A stretch of DNA of 63,968 nt, the filler included, from Lama guanicoe (Eukaryota): the NCBI GenBank assembly GCA_013239625.1. It is 78 parts of 76 records of this genome, joined end to end, with 100 filler letters (N's around TTAATTAATTAA, not from the genome) between each part and the next. Parts side by side here need not be neighbours in the genome. Positions count along the whole stretch, not along the records: positions 25,582 to 26,345 come from PNXV01003340.1; positions 26,446 to 27,198 come from PNXV01003342.1; positions 27,299 to 27,851 come from PNXV01003343.1; positions 27,952 to 28,505 come from PNXV01003344.1; positions 28,606 to 29,138 come from PNXV01003347.1; positions 29,239 to 29,733 come from MU053717.1; positions 29,834 to 30,466 come from PNXV01003358.1; positions 30,567 to 31,292 come from PNXV01003362.1; 70 more parts are not named here. One strand, 5' to 3'. Shown here piece after piece: positions 25,582-38,935 of the stretch. Position 1 is the stretch's first letter, and every line of letters starts with the position of its first letter. The notes under the pieces are model-generated. The model made no database searches, was not told where the DNA came from, and worked only from the letters and a program-made list of their open reading frames with translations. The position numbers and the translations under genes are program-made.

Positions 25582-26345
25582 CTGAGAAGAAACGGACAAG
25601 TTTCTGGAAATATACAGTCCACCAAGATGGTATCAAGAAGAAACTGAGCTCTTGAACAAACCAATCACTAGGCATGAAATCTAATTAGCAATAAAAAACC
25701 TCCCTACAGATAAAAGTCCACGACCAGATGGCTTCACTGGGGAATTCTACAACCATACAAAGAACAACTCATACTAGTCCTACTCAAACTCTTCCAGAAG
25801 ACTGAAAAAGAGGGAGTACTCCCAAACTCATTCTATGAAGCCACCATCACCCTGATACCAAAATTATGCAAAGACACTACCAAAAAAGAGAATTATAGGC
25901 CAGTATCACTCATTAAAATAGATGCAAAAATCCTCAACAAAATATTAGCAAACAGAATCCAGCAGCACATAAAAAAGTTCACAAACCATGATCAAGTTGG
26001 ACTCATCCCAGGAACACAAGGATGGCTCAACATAAGCAAATCAATCAATATAATACACCACATCAAGAGAGAAAGGACAAAAAACAACATGATCATCTCA
26101 ATAGATGCAGGAAAAGCATTTGATAAAATTCAACACCCATTTATGATAAAAACTCTCAACACAGTGGGTATAGAGGGGACATATATCAACATAATAAAAA
26201 CTATTTATGACAAACCTATAGCCAGCTTAGTACTCAATTGTGAAAAACTAAAAACTTTCCCACTAAAATCCAGGGCCATCAAAGTCGTCCACTCTAACCA
26301 CTCCTATTCAACAGAGTCTTGAAGTCCTAGCCACAGCAATCAGGC
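25582..26345 (+). mobile_element. L1 ORF2 (Z/RT) fragment
   Basis: [34 protein letters not shown] and [23 protein letters not shown] motifs. Confidence 0.97.
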
Positions 26346-27519
26346 NNNNNNNNNNNNNNNNNNNNNNNNNNNNNNNNNNNNNNNNNNNNTTAATTAATTA
26401 ANNNNNNNNNNNNNNNNNNNNNNNNNNNNNNNNNNNNNNNNNNNNGCTGGACGGACCTCATTGTGGTGACTAGGCTGTCTGAGTTCACTTATTAGTTTTT
26501 AGGTTGGAAGTCCCAAGAGGGAGAAAAAGTGGAGGTACTAGTGCTTATTTTATATTTCCCATGTGCCAGGTGCGGTAAGCAAGCCACTTCAGACAAAGCC
26601 CAGAACAAACACATAAATAGTCCACGGAGCAAGTCGTGAAGTAAGGCCTCTGTGGCCCCGAAACCCGTGTCCCATCAGCTCCGTAGTTACCAGTGGAAGT
26701 TGTAGGGATTCATGGGACTGTGTGCTCCTGTGGGGGCTGGGATGTGTGTGTTTAAATCCAAATCTTCAGAAACTCGGCTAGAAACACAGCCACTGATTGT
26801 CTGCATGGAGGCAGAGGAGGGGAGGCTTCCAGCCTATGGTCCAGATTATGAGGAGCTCAGAAGTTGCTCCTTCTGTCCTGAAAACAATACCAGAGCTGAG
26901 GGAGCTGAAAACCCACTGCTCTTCTTAGATCCACAAGAAAACTGAGGAGGAAAGCTGCTCCCAACCCAGAGAGGCAGCACAGGCTTGGAGAGTCACAGCT
27001 CCCAGGAAGAACCGTCTTTTGTAAGAACCCCGGGGGCAGGCAGATTTAACAGGTCCCTGAGGCCAGCAGGATGCTCAGCGTGGGGAAGTCTGATTGTGAC
27101 AGCTTCAGGGAACAGTCAGAGGGGCCCTCTGCTCTTTTTCATGCATTTTACCTCCAGGCCCGTACCTTGTTCTCAGAGTGAAGACTATAGGAAAACTCNN
27201 NNNNNNNNNNNNNNNNNNNNNNNNNNNNNNNNNNNNNNNNNNTTAATTAATTAANNNNNNNNNNNNNNNNNNNNNNNNNNNNNNNNNNNNNNNNNNNNGT
27301 GGTGCACGGCCCTTTCTGACGGCTCCCATGGCTCCCTGTACTGCCCGCATCATGACACAGATAGCCACCCTCGTACAGTTGCCTGGTTGCCGTCTGCGTC
27401 TCTCACCAGGCTCTGAGCCCCAGCTGGGCAGTGCACATGCCACTGCACCATCATGTGCCCAGCATGTGGCAGAGGTCAGCTCTGTAGCTCATTAATAAGC
27501 GAAGGAAGAAGGTGGGTAT

Positions 27520-27725
27520 ACTGGTTAAGACAGAGGCTCCAGGACTAGTCAGACCTGGGTTCAGGTGACAGCTCTGTAGTCTACAAGCATCTGACCCTGG
27601 AGAAGTTCTAAGTCTTTCTGTGCCTCAGCTTCCTCTTCGGTACTTTGGGGCAACAGCAGTACCTACGTGAGGGGTTGTCACTACGACTACATGAGTTCCT
27701 GGCTATAAAGCACTTGGCACCTACG
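27520..27725 (+). mobile_element. MIR SINE
   Basis: 'agacctgggttcag...tgaccctgg...tctgtgcctcagcttcctc...taaagcactt'. Confidence 0.7.
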
Positions 27726-28269
27726 ACGTATCTAGCAACCCTATACTTCAGCTCCTGCTGTTATTACCACTGCGACCATTCCTGCTACAGCTTCTGTGAC
27801 TACTGCGACAGGGAGCAGTATGGTAGCACTCTGGAATCAGACTGCCTGGGTNNNNNNNNNNNNNNNNNNNNNNNNNNNNNNNNNNNNNNNNNNNNTTAAT
27901 TAATTAANNNNNNNNNNNNNNNNNNNNNNNNNNNNNNNNNNNNNNNNNNNNGATGGCTACTACTTATAAACTCTGGAGTGTATGTACTTGGAGGTCCATG
28001 AAAGTTAAGGATAGAATTTAGGTGTGGTTTTGTTGGAATTTATCCTACTTAGTGTCCTTTGATCTTCTTAGATCTATGGTTTGGTGTCTGACATTAATTT
28101 GGGGAAATTCTTGGTCATTTTTGCTTCAAAAATTTCTTCTGTTTCATTTTCTTTCTTCTCCTTCTAGCATTCTCATTAAACCTATGTTTCAACTTTTTAG
28201 CTATCTCACAGTTGTTGGGTATTTTGGTCCATTTTTTTAGACTTTTTTTTTTTTAAGTTCCTATCAATA

Positions 28270-28505
28270 TATCCTCCTTAGCGCAGGAAAGAATTCAAGA
28301 GCAAGCCGCAGTTGAGTAAAGGTGTATTTATTTAGAGAGATACATACTGCATAGAATGTAGGCTATTTAAGAAGGCAAGAGAAAGGCCATCAGGTGTGGG
28401 GGTTGAGTGCTCAGATGAAAGTAAAAGAGTTACACACTCCAAGGAGGAGGGAGCTGAGTTGTCAGTTTTTGTGGGCTCAGTAGCTTCATATGTGAACAAG
28501 TGAGA
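28270..28505. mobile_element. Probable LTR fragment
   Basis: 'cgcaggaaagaattcaagagcaagcc...tttatttagagagatacatactgcataga'. Confidence 0.45.
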
Positions 28506-29238
28506 NNNNNNNNNNNNNNNNNNNNNNNNNNNNNNNNNNNNNNNNNNNNTTAATTAATTAANNNNNNNNNNNNNNNNNNNNNNNNNNNNNNNNNNNNNNN
28601 NNNNNAGAGGGTGAGGAGCCTCTGATTGGTGGGCCCAGCTCATGAGTCAGCTGACATCACATCCTCTCATTGATGACCTCCAATAACTCTTTGTTTCTTT
28701 TTGAAGCTCAAAGATCAATCTTTACCTAAGCTTTTATTAAGGACCTGTGTGTGTTGATAAGCCAGGCCTGTTGACATTTTATATCTATTTAAAAGGCCAT
28801 GGTGATGTGTCCTTCCATGGATTGTGATCACATGTAACCATAGGTCCACAGTTTCTGCTCTGGAGAAAATAACAAATAGGAACAGTGCAGAATCCCACCT
28901 TTAGATGAGCAGCTACCTTCAGAAAACAGAGAACAAGGTCAATAAGCAGACTAGTCCACTCTCATCCATCCTCTCTAAGAAAGAAGCAACCGCAGCTCAG
29001 GGTCTCTAGAATTTCTAGACAGGTGAAGAAAGCCACATTCTGGCAGAAGGCATGAATAGTGAACTTAATATCTAGATATCATGATATTAAATTTGTCAAG
29101 GAAAACTTATCGAAATAATTTTGTCCAATTCCTGTTGGNNNNNNNNNNNNNNNNNNNNNNNNNNNNNNNNNNNNNNNNNNNNTTAATTAATTAANNNNNN
29201 NNNNNNNNNNNNNNNNNNNNNNNNNNNNNNNNNNNNNN

Positions 29239-29733
29239 GAGTTGGAGCTTGTACCTACCCATATATATGTATGGAGTGGAGTCTGCTCTGAAGAGAAACT
29301 TTGTGTTCCCTACAAGCGAGGTGAAGGACGGCTGTCACACACACTTAACTGTCAAAACTGAGCATGTGGAGAGACGTTCGTTCATCTAGCACAAAGGGAA
29401 CAGGTTGCAGGAGAAACACTTACTCTGGTTTCTCAGTCTGTTTCCTAGTGCCGGTTTGAAGTTCNNNNNNNNNNNNNNNNNNNNNNNNNNNNNNNNNNNN
29501 NNNNNNNNNNNNNNNNNNNNNNNNNNNNNNNNNAGAAACTTTGTGTTCCCAACAAGCTCGGTGAAGGACGGCTTTCTCACACGCTTAACTCTCAAAACTG
29601 AGCATGTGGACAGAAGTTCTTTCATCTAGCACAAAGGGAACTGGTTGCAGGAGAACAACTTACTCTGGATTCTCAGTCTGTTTACTACTGCAGGTTTGAA
29701 GTTCCTGCAGTTTTGACTATAAAACCGAGTGGA
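29239..29733 (+). repeat. ~240-250-bp satellite (family 3)
   Basis: Two copies of 'agaaactttgtgttccc...gtgaaggacggct...aaaactgagcatgtgga'; same family as 62369-63054. Confidence 0.9.
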
Positions 29734-29833
29734 NNNNNNNNNNNNNNNNNNNNNNNNNNNNNNNNNNNNNNNNNNNNTTAATTAATTAANNNNNNNNNNN
29801 NNNNNNNNNNNNNNNNNNNNNNNNNNNNNNNNN

Positions 29834-30466
29834 AATATACAATACAGAATATTGAATATAGAATTTAGATGACTAAATGTAGGACACAGAATATAGAATA
29901 TAGAAAATACATATTAGAACAATGTATGTAGAACATAGAATGCAGAACACAGAATTTAGAATATAGAATACAGAATACTGAATATAGAAATTGGAATATA
30001 GAATGTAGAACACAGAATATAGAGTATACTATACGGAATGCACAATATAGAATACAGAAAATAAAATATAGAACACAGAATATAGAATATGGAAAACAGA
30101 ATATAGAAACCAGAATTTAGAACATGGAATGCAGAACACAGAATATACAATATAGAATCCAGAATACTGAATATAGAATTAAGAACATAGAATGCAGGAC
30201 ACAGAATGTAGAATATGGAATATAGAATACTGAATATAGAATTTAGAACGATACAGAACACAGAATTTAGAATATAGAATACAGAATACTGAATATAGAA
30301 TTTAGAATATAGAAATAAGTACACAAAATATAGAATATAAAATACAGAATATACAAACCAGAATTTGGAACATGGGATGCAGAACCCCGAATTTAGAATA
30401 TAGAATACAGAATACAGAATACAGAATTTAGAAAATAGATGTAGAACACAGAATATAGAATATAAA
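29834..30466 (+). repeat. AGAATAT-heptamer satellite
   Basis: Same motif family. Confidence 0.95.
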
Positions 30467-30566
30467 NNNNNNNNNNNNNNNNNNNNNNNNNNNNNNNNNN
30501 NNNNNNNNNNTTAATTAATTAANNNNNNNNNNNNNNNNNNNNNNNNNNNNNNNNNNNNNNNNNNNN

Positions 30567-31292
30567 CTATATTCTAAATTCTGTGTTCTGCATTCCTTGT
30601 TCTATATACTGTGTTATGTATCCTGTATTCAATATTCAATTTTCTGTGTTATTCTTTCAATATTCTTAATTCTATATTCTGCATTCTGTATTCTATAGTC
30701 TAAGCTCTGTGTTCTATATTCTATATTCTAAATTCTGTGTCCTGCATTCCATGTTCTAAATTCTGGGTTCTATATTCTCTATTCTCTATTCTATTTTCTG
30801 TTTTCATACATTCTAAATTCAATATTCAGTATTCTGTATACTATACTCTAAATTCTGTGTTCTGCATTCCATGTTCTAAATTCTGGGTTCTGTATACTGT
30901 TTCCCATATTCTATATTCTGTGTTCAACATTCTATATTCTGTATTGTATATTATGCATTCCGTATATTATATTCTATATTCTGTGTTCTACATTCTATAT
31001 TCTTAATTCTATATACAGTATTCTGTATTCTATATTCTAAATTCTGTGTTCTGCATTCCATGTTCTAAATTCTGCGTTCTCTATTCTATATTCTATATTC
31101 TATATTCTCTGTTCTACATTCAATAATCTAAAGTCTATATTATGTATTCTGTATTCTATATTCTAAATCCTGTGTTCTGAATTCCATGTTCTAAATTCTG
31201 GGTTCTTTATTTTCTATTTTATATTCGATTTTGTGTTATACACTCTATATTCTACATTCTATATTCTGCATTCGGTATTCTATATTCTATTT
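30567..31292 (-). repeat. AGAATAT-heptamer satellite
   Basis: Same motif family, antisense. Confidence 0.95.
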
Positions 31293-31634
31293 NNNNNNNN
31301 NNNNNNNNNNNNNNNNNNNNNNNNNNNNNNNNNNNNTTAATTAATTAANNNNNNNNNNNNNNNNNNNNNNNNNNNNNNNNNNNNNNNNNNNNTTACACCA
31401 GGCAAAACTGAAAGACATTTCTGCAGATGGAGCACTTTCTGAGGCTTAAACCATCTTTGCCTACACTCAGCAAGGGGGAAAAAAGAAACATGACTCTGCA
31501 AAGTCTCTTAGCCTCACCTCTCACAGGAGTAGAATGGCCTCAGCACAAGATGACTCTTCACATTGCAGGATGAGCACAAAATAAAGCCGCCCCAACAACA
31601 GGTACTCCCAGACACAGAGCTCAGCTGTCTTCTG

Positions 31635-31900
31635 CACACTCACGGTTGTGCAGCCCTCACCACCATCTATTTCCAGAACACTTCATCACCCCCAAAAGAA
31701 CACCCCTGTCACTAGCAGTCACTCCTCAAACCCCCTCCACCCAGCCCCTTGCAACCATCATCTGCTCTCTGCCTCTGCATGAGCCTATTCTGGGCATTTC
31801 AGATCACTGAAATCAACAATATGTGGCCGTTTGTGTCTGGTTCCTTTCACTTAACGTGCTTTTATCAAGGCTTGTCCATGTTGAATTGGTATCAGCATGT
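31635..31900 (-). mobile_element. L1MB-like 3' UTR fragment
   Basis: 'ttgtgcagccctcaccaccatctatttccagaacacttcatcacccccaaaag...ttgtgtctggttcctttcacttaac'. Confidence 0.75.
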
Positions 31901-32067
31901 CTCTTTTTTTTTGAAAACATTAAACTTTATTAGAAGGTGGAAATACTATCAAAAAGAGTAGAGAGGANNNNNNNNNNNNNNNNNNNNNNNNNNNNNNNNN
32001 NNNNNNNNNNNTTAATTAATTAANNNNNNNNNNNNNNNNNNNNNNNNNNNNNNNNNNNNNNNNNNNN

Positions 32068-33009
32068 TCTGTTGATTTCTGCTGAAACACCCGCACTCTC
32101 AGGACATGGATCCATTATTTCCATGGGGGCTGAAATTCCTAGAAATGAAACCAACCCCAATGTGCAGTTTACTGTCTGTCTCTTTTGCTCTTATTACACA
32201 TTTGCAGAGCTACTTGTCTTTGTTATAGGCTTATGCCATTTCTTCTCCACGTAGGGTCCAATATGGCATTCATTCCTACTGTTGGAAGACTTGCAAGTCT
32301 TTATCAAGGACTAGGAATCCACTGGAATCCAAATCGGCATTTGGGTTAGGTCACGCTAAGCTATTTGAATCAACATTTATGAATATAAATGCACGCCTCT
32401 GATTTCCGAATACAAGTGTGCTGAGTACATGCAAGCCGCGATACTGGTTCGATGCATTCTGAATGATCCTTGACATCACCTTGAGTATTTTCTTTTGAAT
32501 AATCATGGTTCCCTTGGTATATGTCAGCCAACCATACCCTTTTGGTGCTAGTTTGTTTCTTTGATTCTTTGTTGGTCTGCTTCTCGTTTGTTTGGCAAAC
32601 ACGTCAGGCCATGCATCTCTCCGTTCGCTTCAAACAGAGAGTCATATAAGCTGATTCACTTAAGATAGTGCTTCCAATCACCTAAGATTTCCTGCTTCCC
32701 TCTCCCATCTTTAGGGTTTTGATGTCCTCCTTGCCTTGTTCTTGTTTCTTCTTTGCCACTCATGCTCCTCTTGCATTTCCAATAATGGTTTTCTTCTTTC
32801 CATTTCATCTTGTTCCTTTTCTATTCAAGGGAGAATTCTCATCCTGCCTTTTAGGATAAGAATCGAACTGCTGTATTCTTTTTTNNNNNNNNNNNNNNNA
32901 AGATTTGCTGGTCTGTGGAATTCTCTAGCTCTGCCATTATTAGAAACAGCGTTCATGTGACATAGGCTTCCCTAGATGGCAGCATTTGGCCATTCAGGAT
33001 ATGGTCTAT
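32068..33009 (-). pseudogene. Highly diverged CCDC66-like processed pseudogene fragment (tentative)
   Basis: Collinear peptide remnants KEQDE..EMQEEHE, KEDIKTLK, QQRIKE/LAPKG and GVSAEIN resemble recalled CCDC66 KEEQE..EMQKQYE, KEEIMTLK, EQRIRELAQKG and EISAELI. Many stops and frameshifts. Confidence 0.45.
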
Positions 33010-33519
33010 NNNNNNNNNNNNNNNNNNNNNNNNNNNNNNNNNNNNNNNNNNNNTTAATTAATTAANNNNNNNNNNNNNNNNNNNNNNNNNNNNNNNNNNN
33101 NNNNNNNNNTTGAATATGTCTTGCCACTGTCTTCTGCCTGCTGTTTTTGTGTAGGAAATGACTTTACAAATATGTATATAATTATATATAAATGTAAAGA
33201 ACACCTATAAATGAAGATAACAAATATGGTGAAATCTTATACGTTAAAAAACAGGAAACATTCATAAAGGAAATTAAAACTGGTCNNNNNNNNNNNNNNN
33301 NNNNNNNNNNNNNNNNNNNNNNNNNNNNNNNNNNNNNNNNNNNNNNNNNNNNNNNNNNNNNNNNNNNNNNNNNNNNNNNNNNNNNNNNNNNNNNNNNNNN
33401 NNNNNNNNNNNNNNNNNNNNNNNNNNNNNNNNNNNNNNNNNNNNNNNNNNNNNNNNNNNNNNNNNNNNNNNNNNNNNNNNNNNNNNNNNNNNGTGTAAAC
33501 CTCTCCCATGTTAAATAGT

Positions 33520-34027
33520 CCTACAAAGCTTTAGTAATTAAAACAGCATGATACTGGCTCAAAAACAGACACCAATCAAAAGAAGAAAATAGAGCAACCA
33601 GATATAATCCCTCACATGAATGATCAATTAACCTATGAAAAAGGAAGCAAGAGTATAAAATGAAGAAAAGACATACCCCTCAATATGTAGTGCTGGGGAG
33701 ATTGATCATGTGAAAGATAGATTAAAGTATTTCCTCACATTATATACAATCAATGAGCACAGAATATCTTTTATTTATTTGGTTTACTTATATTTCTTGC
33801 ACCTTTAATTTATAGATCTATGTTTAGATCTTTTATTTCACTTACCAAATGTATTCCTCTTTTATTCTTTTTAGTATAAATTTACACACAATAGTTTTCC
33901 TAATTTCTCTTCCTGATAATGTGTTGTTACTATACAAAAATGCAACGGATATTTGTATATTGATTTGTGTTCTGCAATTTTACTAAGTTTGTTCATCATT
34001 TCAAACAGTCAATGGAGGAGTCTATGG
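33520..34027. mobile_element. L1 ORF2 fragments (+ strand to ~33750, then - strand)
   Basis: 'gtaattaaaacagcatgatactggctcaaaaacagacac' on the plus strand; 'aaaaatgcaacggatatttgtatattgatttgtgttctgcaattttacta' on the minus strand. Confidence 0.75.
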
Positions 34028-34127
34028 NNNNNNNNNNNNNNNNNNNNNNNNNNNNNNNNNNNNNNNNNNNNTTAATTAATTAANNNNNNNNNNNNNNNNN
34101 NNNNNNNNNNNNNNNNNNNNNNNNNNN

Positions 34128-35314
34128 TAGAACATGGAATGCTGAACACAGAATTTAGCATATAGAAAACCGAATATGGAATATAGAATATGAAAATACA
34201 ATGTAGAACACAGAATTTAGAATATAGATTACAAAATACTGAGTATAGAATTTTGAATATATAATGTAGAACACAGAAGATAGAATATGGAATACAGAAT
34301 ATAGAAACCAAAATTTAGATCATGGAATGCTGAACACAGAATTTAGCATATAGAAAACCGAATATGGAATATAGAATATGAAAATACAATGTACAACACA
34401 GAATTTAGACTATAGAATACAGAATATAGAAACCAAAATTTAGATCATGGAATGTAGAACATAGAATTTAGAATATAGATTACAAAATACTGAGTATAGA
34501 ATTTTGAATATATAATGTAGAACACAGAATTTATAATATATAATACAGAAAGCTGAATATAGTATTTAGAATATGGAATGTAGAACACAGAATATAGAAT
34601 ATAGATTACCTAAAACAGAATAGAGATTGTAGAATATAGAATGAAGTACACAAAATTTAGAATATAGAATAAAGAATATAGAACCCAGAATTGAGAACAT
34701 GTAATTCAAAACACAGAATTTAGAATGTAGAATACAGAATACTGAATATAGAATTTAGAATATAGAATGCAGACACAGAATATAGAATAGAGAATACAGA
34801 ACCCAGAATTTAGAACATGGTATGCAGAACACAGAATTTCGTAAATAGAACACAGAATACTGAATATAGAATTTTGAACATGGAATGCAGAACACAGAAT
34901 TTTGAATATAGAATACAGAAAGCTGAACATATAATTTAGAATATCGAATGTGAACACAGAATNNNNNNNNNNNNNNNNNNNNNNNNNNNNNNNNNNNNNN
35001 NNNNNNNNNNNNNNNNNNNNNNNNNNNNNNNNNNNNNNNNNNNNNNNNNNNNNNNNNNNNNNNNNNNNNNNNNNNNNNNNNNNNNNNNNNNNNNNNNNNN
35101 NNNNNNNNNNNNNNNNNNNNNNNNNNNNNNNNNNNNNNNNNNNNNNNNNNNNNNNNTAGAATATAATGAAGAACACAGAATATAGATTATAGACTATGGA
35201 ATGGAGAATATAGAATGTAGAATATAGAATAATGAGCGCAAAATATAGAATAGAGAATATAGAAACCAGAATTTAGAACATGGATTGCAAACACAGAATT
35301 TAGAATATTCAATA
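34128..35314 (+). repeat. AGAATAT-heptamer satellite
   Basis: Same motif family. Confidence 0.95.
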
Positions 35315-35495
35315 NNNNNNNNNNNNNNNNNNNNNNNNNNNNNNNNNNNNNNNNNNNNTTAATTAATTAANNNNNNNNNNNNNNNNNNNNNNNNNNNNNN
35401 NNNNNNNNNNNNNNGTATAATTGTAGCACATAGATTGCAGTGGTTTTTAGTCTCCATTTTTTTATAAGTTTATTCTTATTTTTATATATGCACTT

Positions 35496-35586
35496 GTTTT
35501 TATTTATTTTTTTCGAGGTACTGGGGACTGAAGCCAGGACATTGTGCATGCTAAGCAGGTGCTCTACAACTGAGTAATACACACCT
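35496..35586 (-). mobile_element. tRNA-derived SINE (camelid vic-1-like)
   Basis: Antisense of 'tcagttgtagagcacctgcttagcatgcacaatgtcctggcttcagtccccagtacctc' plus an A-rich tail. Confidence 0.75.
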
Positions 35587-36459
35587 TCCTTGTCTGCACT
35601 TGAAATTAAATATTGCTATACACAAAATAGCTCTTAAACACCATCATGGGACCTAGTCTCTTTATAGACAATTGAAAACGTATGCTATTTCAATAAGAAT
35701 AAATGTTGTTGAGACATAAATTTCTGAATCTGTTAATGTGCTTAAAAACGATCATAGGTAGCGATAAACACGAATCTTTGATCCAGTAATTCTAAGGGTC
35801 TGTTTTTTCATCAAGGGAAATTACATTCTACAGAGAAGGCTAATTGGGTCTCTCTCGTATTTGGATGGTGTAGCAGATGATCAAGGTTTTCAAAAGGTGA
35901 CAGTTTTGTATTTTAAACTAACTAAAAAGTTATCTTCTAGAACTTGTATGTACTAAGCTTGTGAAGTGCCCAGTAATCCAGGGGTAAGTGTCTGTCTGTG
36001 TGAACGTTTGTGTATGTGATTTCAGGAAGGTAGAAATAAGTTCCATATAGACTTAGGATACCTTTCTCCTCCAGTTTGAGGTGTAGGCATATATTTACAC
36101 AAATAAATTGATATTCTTTTGTCATTTGGCATATTGGTGGGAATAAGAGGTTCTCATACTTGATTCAGAAGAGTTGGGGAGCATGAGCTTAGATAATGGG
36201 AGGAGAAAAAGGCAAGGAGGCAATTCACACTTTGTGCAGGATATGAGAAACAGTAGCTTTTCTTTTCTCTTTTCTTCTAAAGCAAACTGGCACGGAATTG
36301 TAACCAACTTTTACTCAGAATTGCTTTTCTGATCAGATACAAGTGCCTCAGATTTTTCANNNNNNNNNNNNNNNNNNNNNNNNNNNNNNNNNNNNNNNNN
36401 NNNTTAATTAATTAANNNNNNNNNNNNNNNNNNNNNNNNNNNNNNNNNNNNNNNNNNNN

Positions 36460-37243
36460 AGAATACTGAATATAGAATTTACAACATGGAATGCAGAACA
36501 CAGAATTTTGATTATAGAATAAAGAATTTAGAAGCCAGAATATACAACATGGAATACAAAACACAGAATTTAGAATATAGAATACAGAATACGGAATGTA
36601 GAATTTAGAATATAGAATTTAGAACACAGAATATAGAATATAGAATACGGAATTCAAAATTTAGTATGAAGGATCTAGAATGAAGAACACAGTATATAGA
36701 ATATATAAAAGAGAATATAGAACCCAGAATTTACAAATTGAATGCAGAGAACAGAATTAATAATATAGAATACAAAATACTAAATATAGAATTTAGATTA
36801 TAGAAAGATGAACACAGAATACAGAATATAGAAAAGTCAATTTACAACATGGAATGCAGAACACAGAATTAAGAAAATAGAATACAGAATACTGAATATA
36901 GAATTTTGAAAATAGAAGGTAGAACACAGAATATATAATGCTGAATACTGAATGCAGAATATAGAATATAGAATATAGAATGTAGAACACAGAATATAAA
37001 ATATGGAAAACAGAATATAGAACCCAGAATTTAAATATGGAATGCAGAACACATAATTTAGAATATAGAACACAGAACGCTGAATATAGGATTTAGACTA
37101 TAGAATGTGGAACACAGGATATAGAATATAGAAAAGAGGAAAAAGAGGATAACCAGAATTTAGAACATGGAATGCAGAACAGAGAATTATAATTTAGAAT
37201 ACGGAATGCTGAATATAGAAATTAGAATATAGTATGTAGAACA
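36460..37243 (+). repeat. AGAATAT-heptamer satellite
   Basis: Same motif family. Confidence 0.95.
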
Positions 37244-37574
37244 NNNNNNNNNNNNNNNNNNNNNNNNNNNNNNNNNNNNNNNNNNNNTTAATTAATTAAN
37301 NNNNNNNNNNNNNNNNNNNNNNNNNNNNNNNNNNNNNNNNNNNGATGAATTGGATCTCTTGAAATTGTTTATGACTGGCTTATCTTCCCCTCATAAATAG
37401 TATGAATTCAGCCTGAACTGATTCAGGAAAATCAGAAAATAAAAAATTAGCCCACACAAAATGTCTGCTTAGTCCTCGTAATTCAGTACTTCCTAAAACT
37501 CTCAGAAACGCAAGGAAGGTGTGTTACCTCGGGGACTGAGTGCATTTGAAGTATGAGAAATATGTGTGATCTGG

Positions 37575-37725
37575 TAAAGGCACAGGCTCTATAGACAGAG
37601 ATCCGGGTTTAGATCCCGGCTCCATCAAGTACAGGAAACATGACCACCCAGAGCCTCAGTTTCTTCATGTGTTAAATGGGCTGATGGAGCTCTCCTTCAA
37701 GCGGTCAGGTCAAAATGAGATGATC
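37575..37725 (+). mobile_element. MIR SINE
   Basis: 'gggtttagatcccggctccatc...gagcctcagtttcttcatgtgttaaatggg'. Confidence 0.7.
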
Positions 37726-38145
37726 CAAGTGGCTCTCAGGCAGGATGTTTGGCAAAGTGCTAGTTGCTCTTGCTGCTTTATAATGTCTTCTTAGGTAATT
37801 CCGTTGTCCATTGGCTTGTGAATACCTACACATTTGATTTAAGAAAAATAGCATGTCTTAAGAATTTTAAAAATAAGGAATGAAGATTTACTGATTAATA
37901 CTGGGTGTATTTTTATAGGTCATTTAAAAAAAAACTAGGAGTTCTCTAAAGAGAATGTATTCAGTGTGCATAGAATATGATTCAGTTAAAATGATTTTCC
38001 TTTAAATACTTCTCAGAAATTTTCTGAGATATTTTTTCTTGAATANNNNNNNNNNNNNNNNNNNNNNNNNNNNNNNNNNNNNNNNNNNNTTAATTAATTA
38101 ANNNNNNNNNNNNNNNNNNNNNNNNNNNNNNNNNNNNNNNNNNNN

Positions 38146-38935
38146 ATATAGAACACAGAATGCTGAAAATAATATTTAGAATATCGAATGTTGAACACTA
38201 AATATATACAATATAGAATAGAGAATATAGAACCCAGAATTAAGAACATGGAATGTAGAACACAGAATTTAGAATATAGAATACAGAATACTGAATATAG
38301 AATTTAGAATATAGAATGTAGAACACAGAATATAGAATATAGACTACGGAATGCAGAATATAGTGTATAGAATATAGAATGATGAACTAAATATATACAA
38401 TATAGAATAGAGAATATAGAACCCAGAATTAAGAACATGGAATGTAGAACACAGAATTTAGAATATAGAATACAGAATACTGAATATAGAATTTAGAATA
38501 TAGAATGTAGAACACAGAATATAGAATATAGACTACGGAATGCAGAATATAGTGTATAGAATATAGAATGATGAACTAAATATATACAATATAGAATAGA
38601 GAATATAGAACCCAGAATTAAGAACATGGAATGTAGAACACAGAATTTAGAATATAGAATACAGAATACTGAATATAGAATTTAGAATATAGAATGTAGA
38701 ACACAGAATATAGAATATAGAATACGGAATGCAGAATATACAATACAGAATATAGAATGTAGAACACAGAATATAGAATATAGAATACGGAATGCAGAAT
38801 ATACAATACAGAATATAGAATGTAGAACACAGAATATAGAATATGGAAAACAGAATACAAAAGCCTGAATTGAGAACAAGGAATGCAGAACACATAATTT
38901 AGAATATAGAAAACAAAATACTGAATATAGAATTT
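38146..38935 (+). repeat. AGAATAT satellite with 189-bp and 63-bp higher-order repeats
   Basis: 'aacccagaattaag' at 38231, 38420 and 38609; 'agaatgtagaacac' at 38691, 38754 and 38817. Confidence 0.95.

Noticed and set aside
35520..35586. tRNA gene
   Set aside because: Degenerate A/B boxes with an A-rich tail and related copies at 51623 and 58030 indicate a tRNA-derived SINE.
36060..36190. Cadherin-like exon remnant (minus strand)
   Set aside because: All frames contain stops and the similarity is not convincing.
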